From Azolla caroliniana (Eukaryota > Plantae > Polypodiophyta): DNA of 64,000 nt. Each line of letters begins with the position of its first letter. The first letter of the stretch is position 1. Shown piece after piece: positions 13,170 to 24,500 of the stretch. The DNA lies in assembly GCA_043228905.1 (NCBI GenBank), contig JBHGNT010000010.1:1736001-1800000 (forward strand). The letters run 5' to 3'. The notes below the pieces were generated by a model that worked only from the letters and a program-made list of their open reading frames with translations, was not told the DNA's origin and did not search any database. Position numbers and translations under genes: made by a program.

Positions 13170-14954
13170 ATGGCAAAGAAAGAGTGTGGAGGGGGCTTCA
13201 GTGGGTGGCTTCAGAGAGTAAGGAGAACTGGGGAATTCAGTGACATAACCATACTTGTAGAAGGTCAAGAATTCAATCTACACACACTACCGCTCCTCAA
13301 TGGAACCTTATATTTCAGGAACTTACCAAACCCTAGTTCTTCTTCTGCTTCTTCTTCTTCTTCTTCTTCTTCTTTACGAAGAATTATAGACTTAGGTTCA
13401 ATTCCTGGTGGGGTAGAAGGATTCTCTGCAGCAGTAGATTTTTGTTACCTTATCAAGCCCATTTTTACACTGCAGAATGTGGCTAAAATCAGAGCTGTGG
13501 CTCAGTATCTGGGCATGGTGGAGCTTCAAGACAGTACCAAAAAGTTCGTTTACTTGAACATATTCCGTAATTGGAGATCTTCCATAGCTTTTCTTCAGCA
13601 ACACAAAAGACTTCATGCCCCAGTAGATGAATACATGGAAACCAGATGCCTAAAGGTCATCTCTGCATCTTGTACAAAAGCTTTTCTAGAAACAAAGTAT
13701 CTATCTGCACCTATTTCTCTAAGTAATGATGGGTCATGGCAGAGCTCTCCGTGCCAAGTGCTGACTGATACCATTGTCAGAATGGCTTCCTTGCCAGATC
13801 AGTATGTGCGAGAAGTAATTGAAGATCTTGTCAATGGTGAAGTAAACCCTAATCTCAAATGCAGGCAAGGAAGGAATGTAAAAGGATGGCTAGAAAACAC
13901 AATTCTGTCTGAATGTAGCACAGATAGAGCAAGATGCTGGGTTGTGATTCTCTTAACCAAGATGTTAGAGAGAAGTGTGACCTCTGACAGGCCATGGCTT
14001 GAGCTCTCTTCGCAATATTGGTGTAGCTTGCTCCACCATGGAGAGCTGTTAATAAATAAAGCAGATCCATCCATGGCAAAAGAGCTAGCACCCAATATAG
14101 CTTTCTTAGAAGAGAGAATTGGTGGGAGTCTACATGAGCTAGATGATTATTTGCTCACATATAATTTCGAACCCAAGACACTGCTAGCTCTTGTAAAGCA
14201 TTTCAAACAGATTGAAGACGTCAAGAAAGAAGAGATTGATGAAGTAGCAACCGAGGTGGATGCGTGTCTATGGAGTTTCATAGAAACTTCTTCGATCTCT
14301 GCACAAGAGTTCATCTATTTCATCGAAGCTTTTCCAGCTTCGTGTCGAGATTCTCACGATATGCTTTATGCAGGGATAGAGAGGCTCCTTTCAAGAGTGG
14401 GTTTTCGAGCTGAAGGAGATGAAGAAGTAAAAGAAGAAGAGAAACAAAGGCTATGGGGTCTTGTAGACATAGCTAAGCTTAGCGCCCCATGTAAAGAGAG
14501 AGCTCTTAGCAACTCCTCTTTTGTAAGCCAACCCCATATATTGGAATATGTATTGAAACAGCATGCAGAGGAGCTGACAAACATGAGCATTGGGGAAGGA
14601 AAAGAAGAAGAAGGACAAGGGAAAGATGAAGGAAAAGAGAGGGAAAAGCTTAGCAAGATAATGCACAAAGTTGTCCATGCTAGCCTTAAGCTTCTCGAAG
14701 AGAATTCGAGGCGATCGAAAGAGATAATGGAGCTTAGGGGTCAATATGCTGCCCTATTGGAAGGTGGGAGCAAATCCTGTTTCCTCCAAGAGAGTTGTAC
14801 TGAGAGTAGTCCTGATATCATATTTGATAAGTCAAGAATGAATGGATGTAGTGTTCATGGTCTATTAACTCCCGATGAGGTCGAAGATGCGGCATCCGAT
14901 ACTCCTGCCCGACGATCTACATGCTCGAGTATAGAGCTCGAGCATGAGTATTGA
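13170..14954 (+). CDS. BTB/POZ + NPH3-domain protein (divergent NPH3/RPT2-like), intronless, 594 aa
   Basis: SDITILVEGQEFNLH..IPGGVEGF..DFCY..NVAKIRAVAQYLGM (BTB); FP..CRDSHDMLYAGI..EEKQRLWGLVDIAKLS (NPH3 C-terminus); C-terminal coiled coil. First ATG at 13170. Confidence 0.85.
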   Translation: MAKKECGGGFSGWLQRVRRTGEFSDITILVEGQEFNLHTLPLLNGTLYFRNLPNPSSSSASSSSSSSSLRRIIDLGSIPGGVEGFSAAVDFCYLIKPIFTLQNVAKIRAVAQYLGMVELQDSTKKFVYLNIFRNWRSSIAFLQQHKRLHAPVDEYMETRCLKVISASCTKAFLETKYLSAPISLSNDGSWQSSPCQVLTDTIVRMASLPDQYVREVIEDLVNGEVNPNLKCRQGRNVKGWLENTILSECSTDRARCWVVILLTKMLERSVTSDRPWLELSSQYWCSLLHHGELLINKADPSMAKELAPNIAFLEERIGGSLHELDDYLLTYNFEPKTLLALVKHFKQIEDVKKEEIDEVATEVDACLWSFIETSSISAQEFIYFIEAFPASCRDSHDMLYAGIERLLSRVGFRAEGDEEVKEEEKQRLWGLVDIAKLSAPCKERALSNSSFVSQPHILEYVLKQHAEELTNMSIGEGKEEEGQGKDEGKEREKLSKIMHKVVHASLKLLEENSRRSKEIMELRGQYAALLEGGSKSCFLQESCTESSPDIIFDKSRMNGCSVHGLLTPDEVEDAASDTPARRSTCSSIELEHEY

Positions 14955-16534
14955 TATGTACATTTTTCCTCTTTTTTCTGCCGGATGTTTTGAATGAAGG
15001 AAGAGAGCTCGAAAGAAAAGAAAAAGGATCGCAATGATTTTTTCTTATCAAGTGAAGAGTAAGAAAATGGACGGTTTATATGAGCTTTTTCCTTGTTTTT
15101 CAAGACAAGTCACCTTCCATCTATGTATCAATCCAAACATATTAGTAGATTTTTCTCGAAAGCTTTTTGTTTGGGGGGATTGGTTTTTTGTTGGATATGA
15201 GCAAGGTTGAAATAATGTAGTTTGTACTAATAAGGTTGAGGTTCTAAACCTTGCAAATTTCAGAAGGTTTTAATGCATCACCGTGGTGGGCAATTTGGAC
15301 CCAGTTGGTCTTTTCCTCATATAATGCAAAGCAGCACAAAAACCTTTTGGCTTTCGTCTTCACACCAAAAGAGAAACCAACAAAATAGTGGTCAAGCTGA
15401 TGAGAAAGTGTAAGATTATGGCTTATGACAACAATAGTTAGCTCAAGAACAACTTTGTCGATGAGGAGATAGAGCATCATTGACACAAATGATGTTGTTG
15501 GTAGTAATGTCTTGATGCAAATGTTTGCCTCATGCACTTACTATATAATATGTTGTTATCACATAAGACAGCAGTTAATGTAGCCTTTGTGGCCCTTTAT
15601 TAGCTCTTATATTGATATATTGATGTTGCTTCTTTGGAAGTGTACACGCCAATACTATTTTGTTGGTCAGTGAGCACATTTTCCTATTCTTAAAGTGTGG
15701 GCATGCACCAAGGTTGACATCTTTAGTCATGACTGCTCATTGTTAGCCATGAGAACTTGCTAGATACTAAAATTCTAGTGGGGCAATGAATTTTGTATTC
15801 TTATTCTTGTTTAGGAATAACATAGAGCCTATGGTTTCACTTAAAAAAGATGCAGACTTATCGTACCTTGAACATGTGTTGCCTCTGATGCAATAATGGT
15901 CATATATATCTACACACATTTCTATGCTCGACGATAAGGTGTATGCTTATCACATACCTAATTAGTGCTTCCCATAACATGCAATAGTGAAACTTCACTG
16001 CCTTCATGTCTAAGAGAACTAGACACGTTATTTGAATTAGCCACGTGAAACAAACTTTGAGGTTAGGTTGATCTTATGAATATGACCGTCGTAAGACCTC
16101 AATTCATTGTGGGACAAAGGCACCACCAAAACTGTAAATGTTAATGGATGCCAATATTATTAGTTCTTATTCCTCAAATATCTATAATATTTGTCACTAG
16201 AACACCCCCTTAAATTTTCAATACTTTACCAAACACCCATGAGACATTCTTCAGAAGCATGACTAATGAGATTGTAGAGTGTTTTGCGATGTAAACAAAA
16301 TTATACATTTCTCCATTTACCATAGTTGAACTAAACATCTTTCGTTATCCTTAGTCTTCAAGCTTTTGGGCAACACCTAAAGGAGAAAACAATTTTGAAA
16401 AAGGATTTACAAAAGTTGTGTGATGTTTCAGTTTACATCTTGTAAGAGAGTTACACTGAGCCCATGATTGTGGAGTTATCTCTTTTGTCTTCATCAAAAC
16501 ACTAATAGTGTTTTCATGTTTGATATCAGTGGCT

Positions 16535-19500
16535 TCATGTGTGTGAGGAGCCTACACAGCTCACAAAAGTAATAGACGTATCTTCATCTTTAATATCATT
16601 TGTAAGGTTAGTTTTCTTACCATATTCTGATTCTTTATCCTCTTTCTCGGTATCGATACATGATCCTCTGTTACTGTTTCCATGATGATACTCATCAATT
16701 TCATGCTGCGTGGCAGTTCTGATTAGTTTTGGGTATCGGTTCATGCTCTCCGATAGTCCAAAATTAATTCCAAGAACAACTATACTATTTGTTAGTTCAT
16801 TTAACTTAATTATATCAGGTATTATCTGCCTTGCTGGGTTTGTAGATTTATTAAGCACAATCGTCATTGGTTTATTAATAGTTGGAATTCTCTTCATTCC
16901 GATGATATTTAGAGGCCGGCCCAATCGCTCTAAAATAGATCTAATATTTCTGGATTTATGGTTCTTCAGATCAAGCCTTGTGACAGAATTTCCATCTTGG
17001 ATTTGTTTTGCAGAAATACTTAATCTGCAGATTCACATGAGAAACTTTCAACATGCATATATGGGCACGGGTGCTTGACATAATGAAAAGATTTAAAAAA
17101 TGAGTAAGAGGTTTAAAACACAATGAAATGGAAAGATTTAAAAAATGAGTAAAAGGTTTAAAACATAATGAAATGGTTTTAAATAATGTTCCCCATCGGA
17201 ACTCTCAGGCAATGCTATGAAGTATGTGATAATCGAGGATAGATTACTAGAGGCATTAAGCAGGCTCGATACAAGGTAAAAATGGCAGAATGTATCCAAC
17301 CGCATCTTATGACCCCCATGAGCCATGGGTCTCAAAGAGCTAAATCGAGTGTTCAATAAACAACTCTTCTCACATGCTTAGCAAGAAATATGGTGACTGG
17401 TTAGACAGGCCTGATAATCTAAGTGTCATAGACGAATGTCCACCACAAAGGGTGAGCACATATGTGCATACATTATTTTCGACATGTAGTGTTTTTACTC
17501 TAGAGTAGTAACCCCACTTCTTAGGAGTCACATACAAGATGGTATGTTGATTTGGTCCGATAGGTCAAAATTGGCCTTCTTGTGGACAATAAAAAAAGAA
17601 TGTCTGCATTGGTAACGAGATAAATACCTTGCTTCCCATGGCTGCATGTGACCTGGAAAGATGATGTCATCCAGATACCCAGTACTTGAAAAGGGATCCT
17701 TTATGGTATCCTGTTAATAGTCAACAACTTATTGGCAATGCAATGTTTATTTATGACAAAAAGAAAGTAGCATTATCAACTTTCACTTATCCAAGACAAC
17801 AAGTTCTGAGTAGGAAATAGCATATTTATCTAAAACAATATCCGAGCTACTGACTCAATGTGGTAAGACTGGACAATAGAAAGCACCATAGAAGTAAGTC
17901 ATATAAAGAGGCTGCATTACTGGATATCAGATCGACAGATGAGAATGGAAAAAATGGCGAGTCTCATGTGCTTAAGAAGGCCTCGCTCTTCATATGACTC
18001 TTAAGAAGCGTGTAGCTTACATTAAACAAACTATATATATTAAAAAACAAAATTCTTTGAGATTGTATAATGTTTCATTGAGAGAATATTTCTAACCTTC
18101 CAAACATGACAAAAAAACATGTGCTTCCCCACAACAACTTGAATTGCAGTTTGGAATCATTTCTGATGTTACCTGTTGTCTCTCTTCATCCCTAACCAAC
18201 TGAACTTTGCAGCCACTTTTGCTGTCAGCTGACTTGAAACTATCTGCGAAATTTGCATTCTTCACTTCACTTACAATCACACCTCACAATTGTTTTTCTG
18301 GGTATTGTAGATGCAAATTTTATTTCACTAGATGTTTTTATCATAACAATGAATATTAGCAATCAGCTTAACAATTGAGCGGTTACCTTCCAGGACTGGG
18401 TATTATAGATTCAAATTTTATTTCACAGGATGTTTTTATCTTAACAATGAATATTAGCAATCAGCTCATCAGTTGAGAGGCTACCTTCCACAACATACTG
18501 GTCCTTCATCATTTTATTGAAGCATGATGCTTCATAGTCGACCATTCTGGCCTCTAAAGCACGTATTTTTTCTTCATAAGCTAGTTTTTCAGCCTCCCAT
18601 GATTGAGTCTGTGTGATAAACCTGTGAAAATACGTTTTAGAGTAAGGACAGCCCCATACAAAAATTCTGTGATTCTTGGCAGCTAAAACATTACATATCC
18701 TAGTGTTCAGTCACTATGTGTTTAAATTGTGCCCAACCATAATAAGACACATGGAGAGTCCAACAATGCATAAGGCAATTGGACAGGATGAATTGAGGGT
18801 ATAATAAACCCGAATACAGACAAAATCTACAATGTCTTGTAAGCACTATTCTTTAACATTGAGAAGCAAATATTTGCCATGGATGGCAGTTCACATGAAA
18901 AACAAGCCAGATGTATAAAAATCCCTCCCCGTGTTTCTCCAAGCTATGGAAAACAATTATATCTAAGTAACTAAACAAATGAAATCTAATGAGACCGAGC
19001 TATGCACTGCATACTAAAAAGAACCAACCCGTTTGTAAAGAGAACTGGGTAAACAAAAAGCACGAGTGCTGCAGTGTAACTATGCTCCAAGTTATTAGTT
19101 TTAGCATCTCACAAAACCACAACATACCCAGATTTTTGTTCTTCCAATTCCTTTACCAATTTATCATTGTCATCAATAGCTAATGATAGGTTTTTCTCTG
19201 TCTGCAACAAAACGATACTTGAGAGCAAACTTCCATATGATTATTAGTACCAAACTTTACCCACAATATTATGCAGACCTTTGCTAAATTCTCAGTAAGT
19301 ATATGAATTTTTTTGCTTAATGTCTGGACTTCTTTGTCTTCCACCATAGCTTCATCTTGTTGTGCTAATGCCTTTTGGAGCTTTCCAATCATATATTCCA
19401 AGTTATTTATACGTTCAAGCAGTACCTTGGAAAGAAGATAGGATCATCTAAATATAGAACTGTCCAACTTCCAATATTTAGAAAATAATATATACCTGTC

Positions 19501-22500
19501 TATTAACAACTAAAAACATTTTGAAACTTTAAAAGCAGCTTCCGAAGTAACACAAAATGTTTATCTTCAGAAAAGAATGTTACCAGGGAAACCTACAGTT
19601 GTAGTTTCCACATAAAGGTCTATATTAATTCTTCTGCTGGTAATGCAAAGTTCTGACATCCCTCACATGACCATCTCAAAAAAAAAAATGAAGCCATCAT
19701 ATTTTGCAGAAGCATACACATCAATTGACTCTCAGGTGCAGTATCTAGTATCCCAAGGTAAGTTCATGTCATATACACCCCTTGAGTATCCATCTTCTAA
19801 TAGAGCACATAGTGATACATGGTCTCTTACCGACAATCCAATACATTCACTAGAGATGATAAAATCTCTCATTTAAGTTATCAAATAAAGCTGGCCCACC
19901 TTTGTGATCCTCACATGTTAGCTAATTTATATGAATTTGGCTATCATGAAAAACTAATTTCTTGATATATAAACGAGAATAATATATACTATTGGTACAC
20001 GAAAGGAGTGGATCCTACAGCTAACATGGTAAATAACTAAAAAAGCCTGGAAAATCCACTTCATGGATACTGCTTTAGCATAACTGTTCTAGAAAGATTA
20101 TACAGCATATCTTATGTATTGCCACACTTCATTTGTATGTTTAGCATAATTTTCGTTTCAAGCTATTTTCTGCACAAGGATTTCCATTAAATTGCATTTT
20201 GTTTGAGAGCAAACAATTGCAGACACTGCAATAGCTACATTTAAAATAGAAAAGCGACATGCACAGAATGTATCTTAAACTCAGATGGTACCTCTTTTTC
20301 CTGATTCATTTTGAAAATAAGATTGCTTTTCATTTCAAGATTCTCTCTACAGTTATATATGTTAAGGAAACCAGGTAAAGGATGTCAATAAAAACCAAGA
20401 CTTAGCAATTTATATTTCCATGAACTCGGTATGATGGCAAAGTGGCGACTATAAGATGGATATGATGGCTAGATCACTCTCAATTGCATGAGTCGATATA
20501 GCAGCAAGCTTTTCTTCCAGGGTAATAATCAATTTATTCCTTTCTGAAAGGTGTGCTGAAGAGTCTCTCATTTGCTGCTCTAATTGACTTATTTTGTCTG
20601 CAAAATTTGCCAGCTATGATATTACACATCCACAATGGCACATGCATATTCCATTATCAAAGAAGAGGAAGAAACTTGAGTATATTTCAATGTTGATTGA
20701 ATAAACAATAATTTCAAGGTAGCTTGAGAACTAACCCACATAAGCATCCTCAAATCCAAGCACTTTCGAAACTAGTCTTGTTAATCCCATCACTGTAATG
20801 CTGCATAAGCTGTTAAAAATCTATCCCACATAGCTTCAGGAACCTAAGAGGAACTTTCACCAGTTTAGATGACAGCCAATAAATGCTTGCCTTCTTCCTC
20901 TTTCTCCCTGATGCATGAATTTGTCTCATCAACAGCTTGTCTCACAAGAGATGCCTCATTTTCAACAGCTTCCAGTAGAATTGAATGTCTTTCATGTTTC
21001 TCCATGAGAATAGCCAGTTCATGTGTTCTTTCCTGAAGTTTACACTCTAAACTGTAATTTGAAAACTGCAGATTAAAAGTTGAAGAAATAAAATTAATAT
21101 CATCAAATTTTGACAAAAAATACCCTACAACAAGTTCAAAAAACAAGAACAATGCTAATTCCTGCTTGATTGTAACATTAACTCATGCGTAGCTAAGACA
21201 CAAACACAAGCGGTTGGGAATATAAATGGTCCAATTCCATTAGATATCCAGCAGTAGAAGAAATCAACACCAATTTATGTTTTAAATTCACAGTGACAAG
21301 AAAATATGGTCTATGATAAATGTGCACATGGTTTTACACTTCTGCTAATGCCACACCGTTACACCAAGGAAAGGTATTATTGGGCGTAAAGTTACTTTCT
21401 GCTGCTATCATGGTATAACTACCTAGACTTAGATGTGAAGATCCAAGTGCTGACCTATTGCCTCTATTCTACCTCTACAATAGATGTTGAATATTCCCAT
21501 AGCCTTCATAATTCATAAGCCTGGTAATGTAACTTCAGGTTGTGAGGAATTTTGTACACTTTTTCCTAACTAGTTCTACTATACGCATTAGAACTTAATC
21601 CAATTAGAGTACCTTCAAGTCTTCCGCCACTTCATTTCTTGAGTCCATCAATGCTTTGATTTCCTGCCTCAGATGTTTAATTTCTGACTCTCTTAAGGAT
21701 GCTTCACATCTTAGGTCTGAAATCTATTCAATGAACATTCCAAATTTGTATTAATTGAATATTATGATTTATGTGAGAGGCACATAAAGATCATCATAAT
21801 CATTTATAGCCATCTTACAAGCCAAAATAGGCAGCACAAACATTCCCTTCTAGCATCCCTATAAATATTAATATACTATCTTAATATTGTGCATCAATGA
21901 AACTATACTGAATAGATTACCATGTTATTTAAAACGAGATTTCTTAATCAATTGAAAATTGCTTCTAGTGGCAAGCTACCAAAATGAGATGGCAAACAAT
22001 CACAGATCGTTGAAGGTTCCTTGTTAACCATTAACTGGTATGGGTTCAAACAAGAACAGTGGAATGTAACATTGTTGCTCACCTTTCAAACTCTCCACAA
22101 TCTCACTATCTAATCCAATGAATGACAGTCCTATATCCATCCATGATGGTAGAATTGACACTAAAGAACTTCCAATTTTTATAGATAGAAATATACTTGA
22201 CATGTGCTGATTAGCAAAGTAAGGTGGAGACCAGGATAAGTCCTCGAATGCATCATCTGAACAAATGTTTGCTTCAGTGGCAATTTTGTTTTGTTTCCTA
22301 AAGAGTCTAGATCCTTCCTTGTCATCATTTCATTTTGTGTTGTATGCACCTTTGGGTTTGTGCTTTTCCATGTATATATTAATGGTCATGCAATGCAGTG
22401 CATGTTGGAATCCCAACAATGCTTGAAGGCCCACCATAAAATGCGAGAGCCTGTTGCTCAAAGGGCTACTTGAAATGTTGGTGAACCTCGAAACACTGAA

Positions 22501-24500
22501 ACTATCTATAGCATTTTTTGTGAAAATGCTTTCATTACTCTCTCCCCTCTGTTATCCTTCTCCTATAGAAGTCATGACGAATGTTTGTATTCTTATAGTA
22601 GGATTGCACAGGTCAAACATAAGATATACGTCAGTGCTTTCACTCGCGCAATCTTATTCTCTCAAACCTCTTGGAACTCTGTTGGCATGAGATACAAGTA
22701 ACACGAGGTTAATGACATGAGCTTCATGACAATGAAGTATGACCATGGCATACAAGGAGCAGTACTCTACGGAAAAGAGTATGAGCTCTAGCCTTTGATG
22801 ACAATTAATATAGGTCATCCTCGTAGTTAATATTACAACAGTAAACAGGAAATAATTTTCCAAGCTTCCAATTTTATGACATATTTGAGACTTGTTTATA
22901 TTGTTTACTAAGAGACATATTTGAGTTGCTCCACAGCCATTACTGAAGAACACTAAGAGGCCAGGAAATAATTTTACAATGTTCCAATTTTATGACATAT
23001 TTGAGAATTGTGTATATTGTTTACTAAGAGACATATTTGAGAAGGTCCACAGCCATTATTGGAGTACACTAAGAGGCATACTTTCGTTGCCAATTTACCA
23101 TTGTTGGAATCTTAGGCACAAGCATTTCTTTCATTTGACCAATTTATCCATTGTTGGATACTCCAACAGAAGGCCAATTTACCATGTTTTCAAGCTTCTG
23201 ATGGGCTTCTTTTCCTGAAGAGATCTCAGACTGCATTACAGAATAGATCTCGCTGTGTTCGGCCTCCAGTTTCTTATGTTTCTGCAAGAATTAAGTCAAC
23301 ACAATATTATTTTATAATAGGATCCTTCAATCAAGTATAGACATATGACAAAATTTCAGAACATTAAAATCCTTTAGCATTATAGGTTTTCATGACTTCA
23401 AAAACAAGCAGTTAAAATAAACAGTGAAAATTAATTCTTTATCATTGATAGGATTTGATGACTGAAAAGGTGCAATCGAAAACAGAAGAGAAAAACATAC
23501 TACAACTCGATTAAAGAGAGGAAATTTTGTAAACAAAATTCGATTTTTATCGTTGACCAGAAAAGGCAGAATATACCTCCATTAACCAGCCTAGAAGATA
23601 ATATTATTACCAATATGTACAGTTTTTATAACTAAAATCGGCAGCAAAGAACAGAAAAGTCAAATTACACCTCGATTAACAACCCAAAATCATGCTGAGA
23701 GAGATCATTCTTTATTTCATGACTTAAAAATGAGAGATAAGGCAATGTATGCCTCTATTAACAAGACAAAATCCGGCTGCAATGGTAACTATTCATCAGT
23801 ATAACCATTCGTGACTTGAAATGAGCCGTGAGGAACAGAAAAGACAAGTTATATACCTTCATTAACTAGACAGAGTCTTGTCACAGAAAATATAATTCTT
23901 CATCATTGTATCTTTTCATGACTTAAAACAATCAGTTCAGAACAGGAAAGGCAAGCTATACCTCCATTAACGAGAGAAAATCTTGTCGAGAACACAGTTC
24001 TTTATCCTATGCACCAGTAACCATCAGGCAAACCATTATGAGAACATCAAGTAACATTTTCCATAAGATTTTTGCCTACAAGTAACCGATCGGCTTTTCT
24101 TCTTCAGTTTCTCCTTCTTACCCGAAGATTCTTTACGGAAGAGAAGAGATTTTGAAGCTCGTATTTAAACTTCAGGAAGGAGATATGATCGCCGGCGACC
24201 ACTGCATTTTCTGATCTGTGGGAAGAAGCTTGGGCCTGAGAAGAAGAAGGAAGAAAAACATAGAAGAGGATTTACAAGAAGGATAAGAAGATGGCAACGG
24301 TGATGGTGATGATAAAAACCAAATACAATAAAGCTTAAGAAGAATAAGATGGTGATGGAGATGGCAATTAGGGTGAGGACGACAGTGAGAACTACAACGG
24401 TGGTGGTGATGATGATTAATGATGAAGAAATTGATTAGCTCCGAGCCCCGCCTGCAGGTTCACAGGACTTTACCTGATCATCTTCAGAGAAGCAAACCAT
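16535..24500 (-). CDS. Uncharacterised multi-exon coiled-coil protein. Exons about 24500-24474, 24235-24122, 24006-23962, 23281-23183, 21723-21613, 21065-20891, 20597-20464, 20351-20292, 19425-19279, 19201-19128, 18621-18485, 18283-18174, 17710-17628, 17024-16535
   Basis: Hand-spliced exons keep a consistent reading phase and give heptad-rich peptides (e.g. KISQLEQQMRD, LERINNLEYMIGKLQKAL). Extra exons in 21.7-23.2 kb are not excluded. Confidence 0.72.
17150..17598 (+). mobile_element. Diverged 3' fragment of the same RTE/RTEX-like LINE family, in the last intron
   Basis: Aligns by eye to 1460-2070 (aatgctatgaagtatgtgataat; tttggtccgataggtcaaaattggcct...ggacaataaaa). Confidence 0.65.
20352..20463 (-). 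other. U12-type AT-AC intron
   Basis: 5' ATATCCAT, branch point TTCCTTAAC (20369-20361), 3' AC. Splicing keeps the frame (DLAI|CRENLEMK). Confidence 0.75.

Noticed and set aside
22082-22690. Extra exon or pseudogene fragment in the coiled-coil gene intron
   Set aside because: No frame-consistent exon or recognisable family could be assembled by eye.
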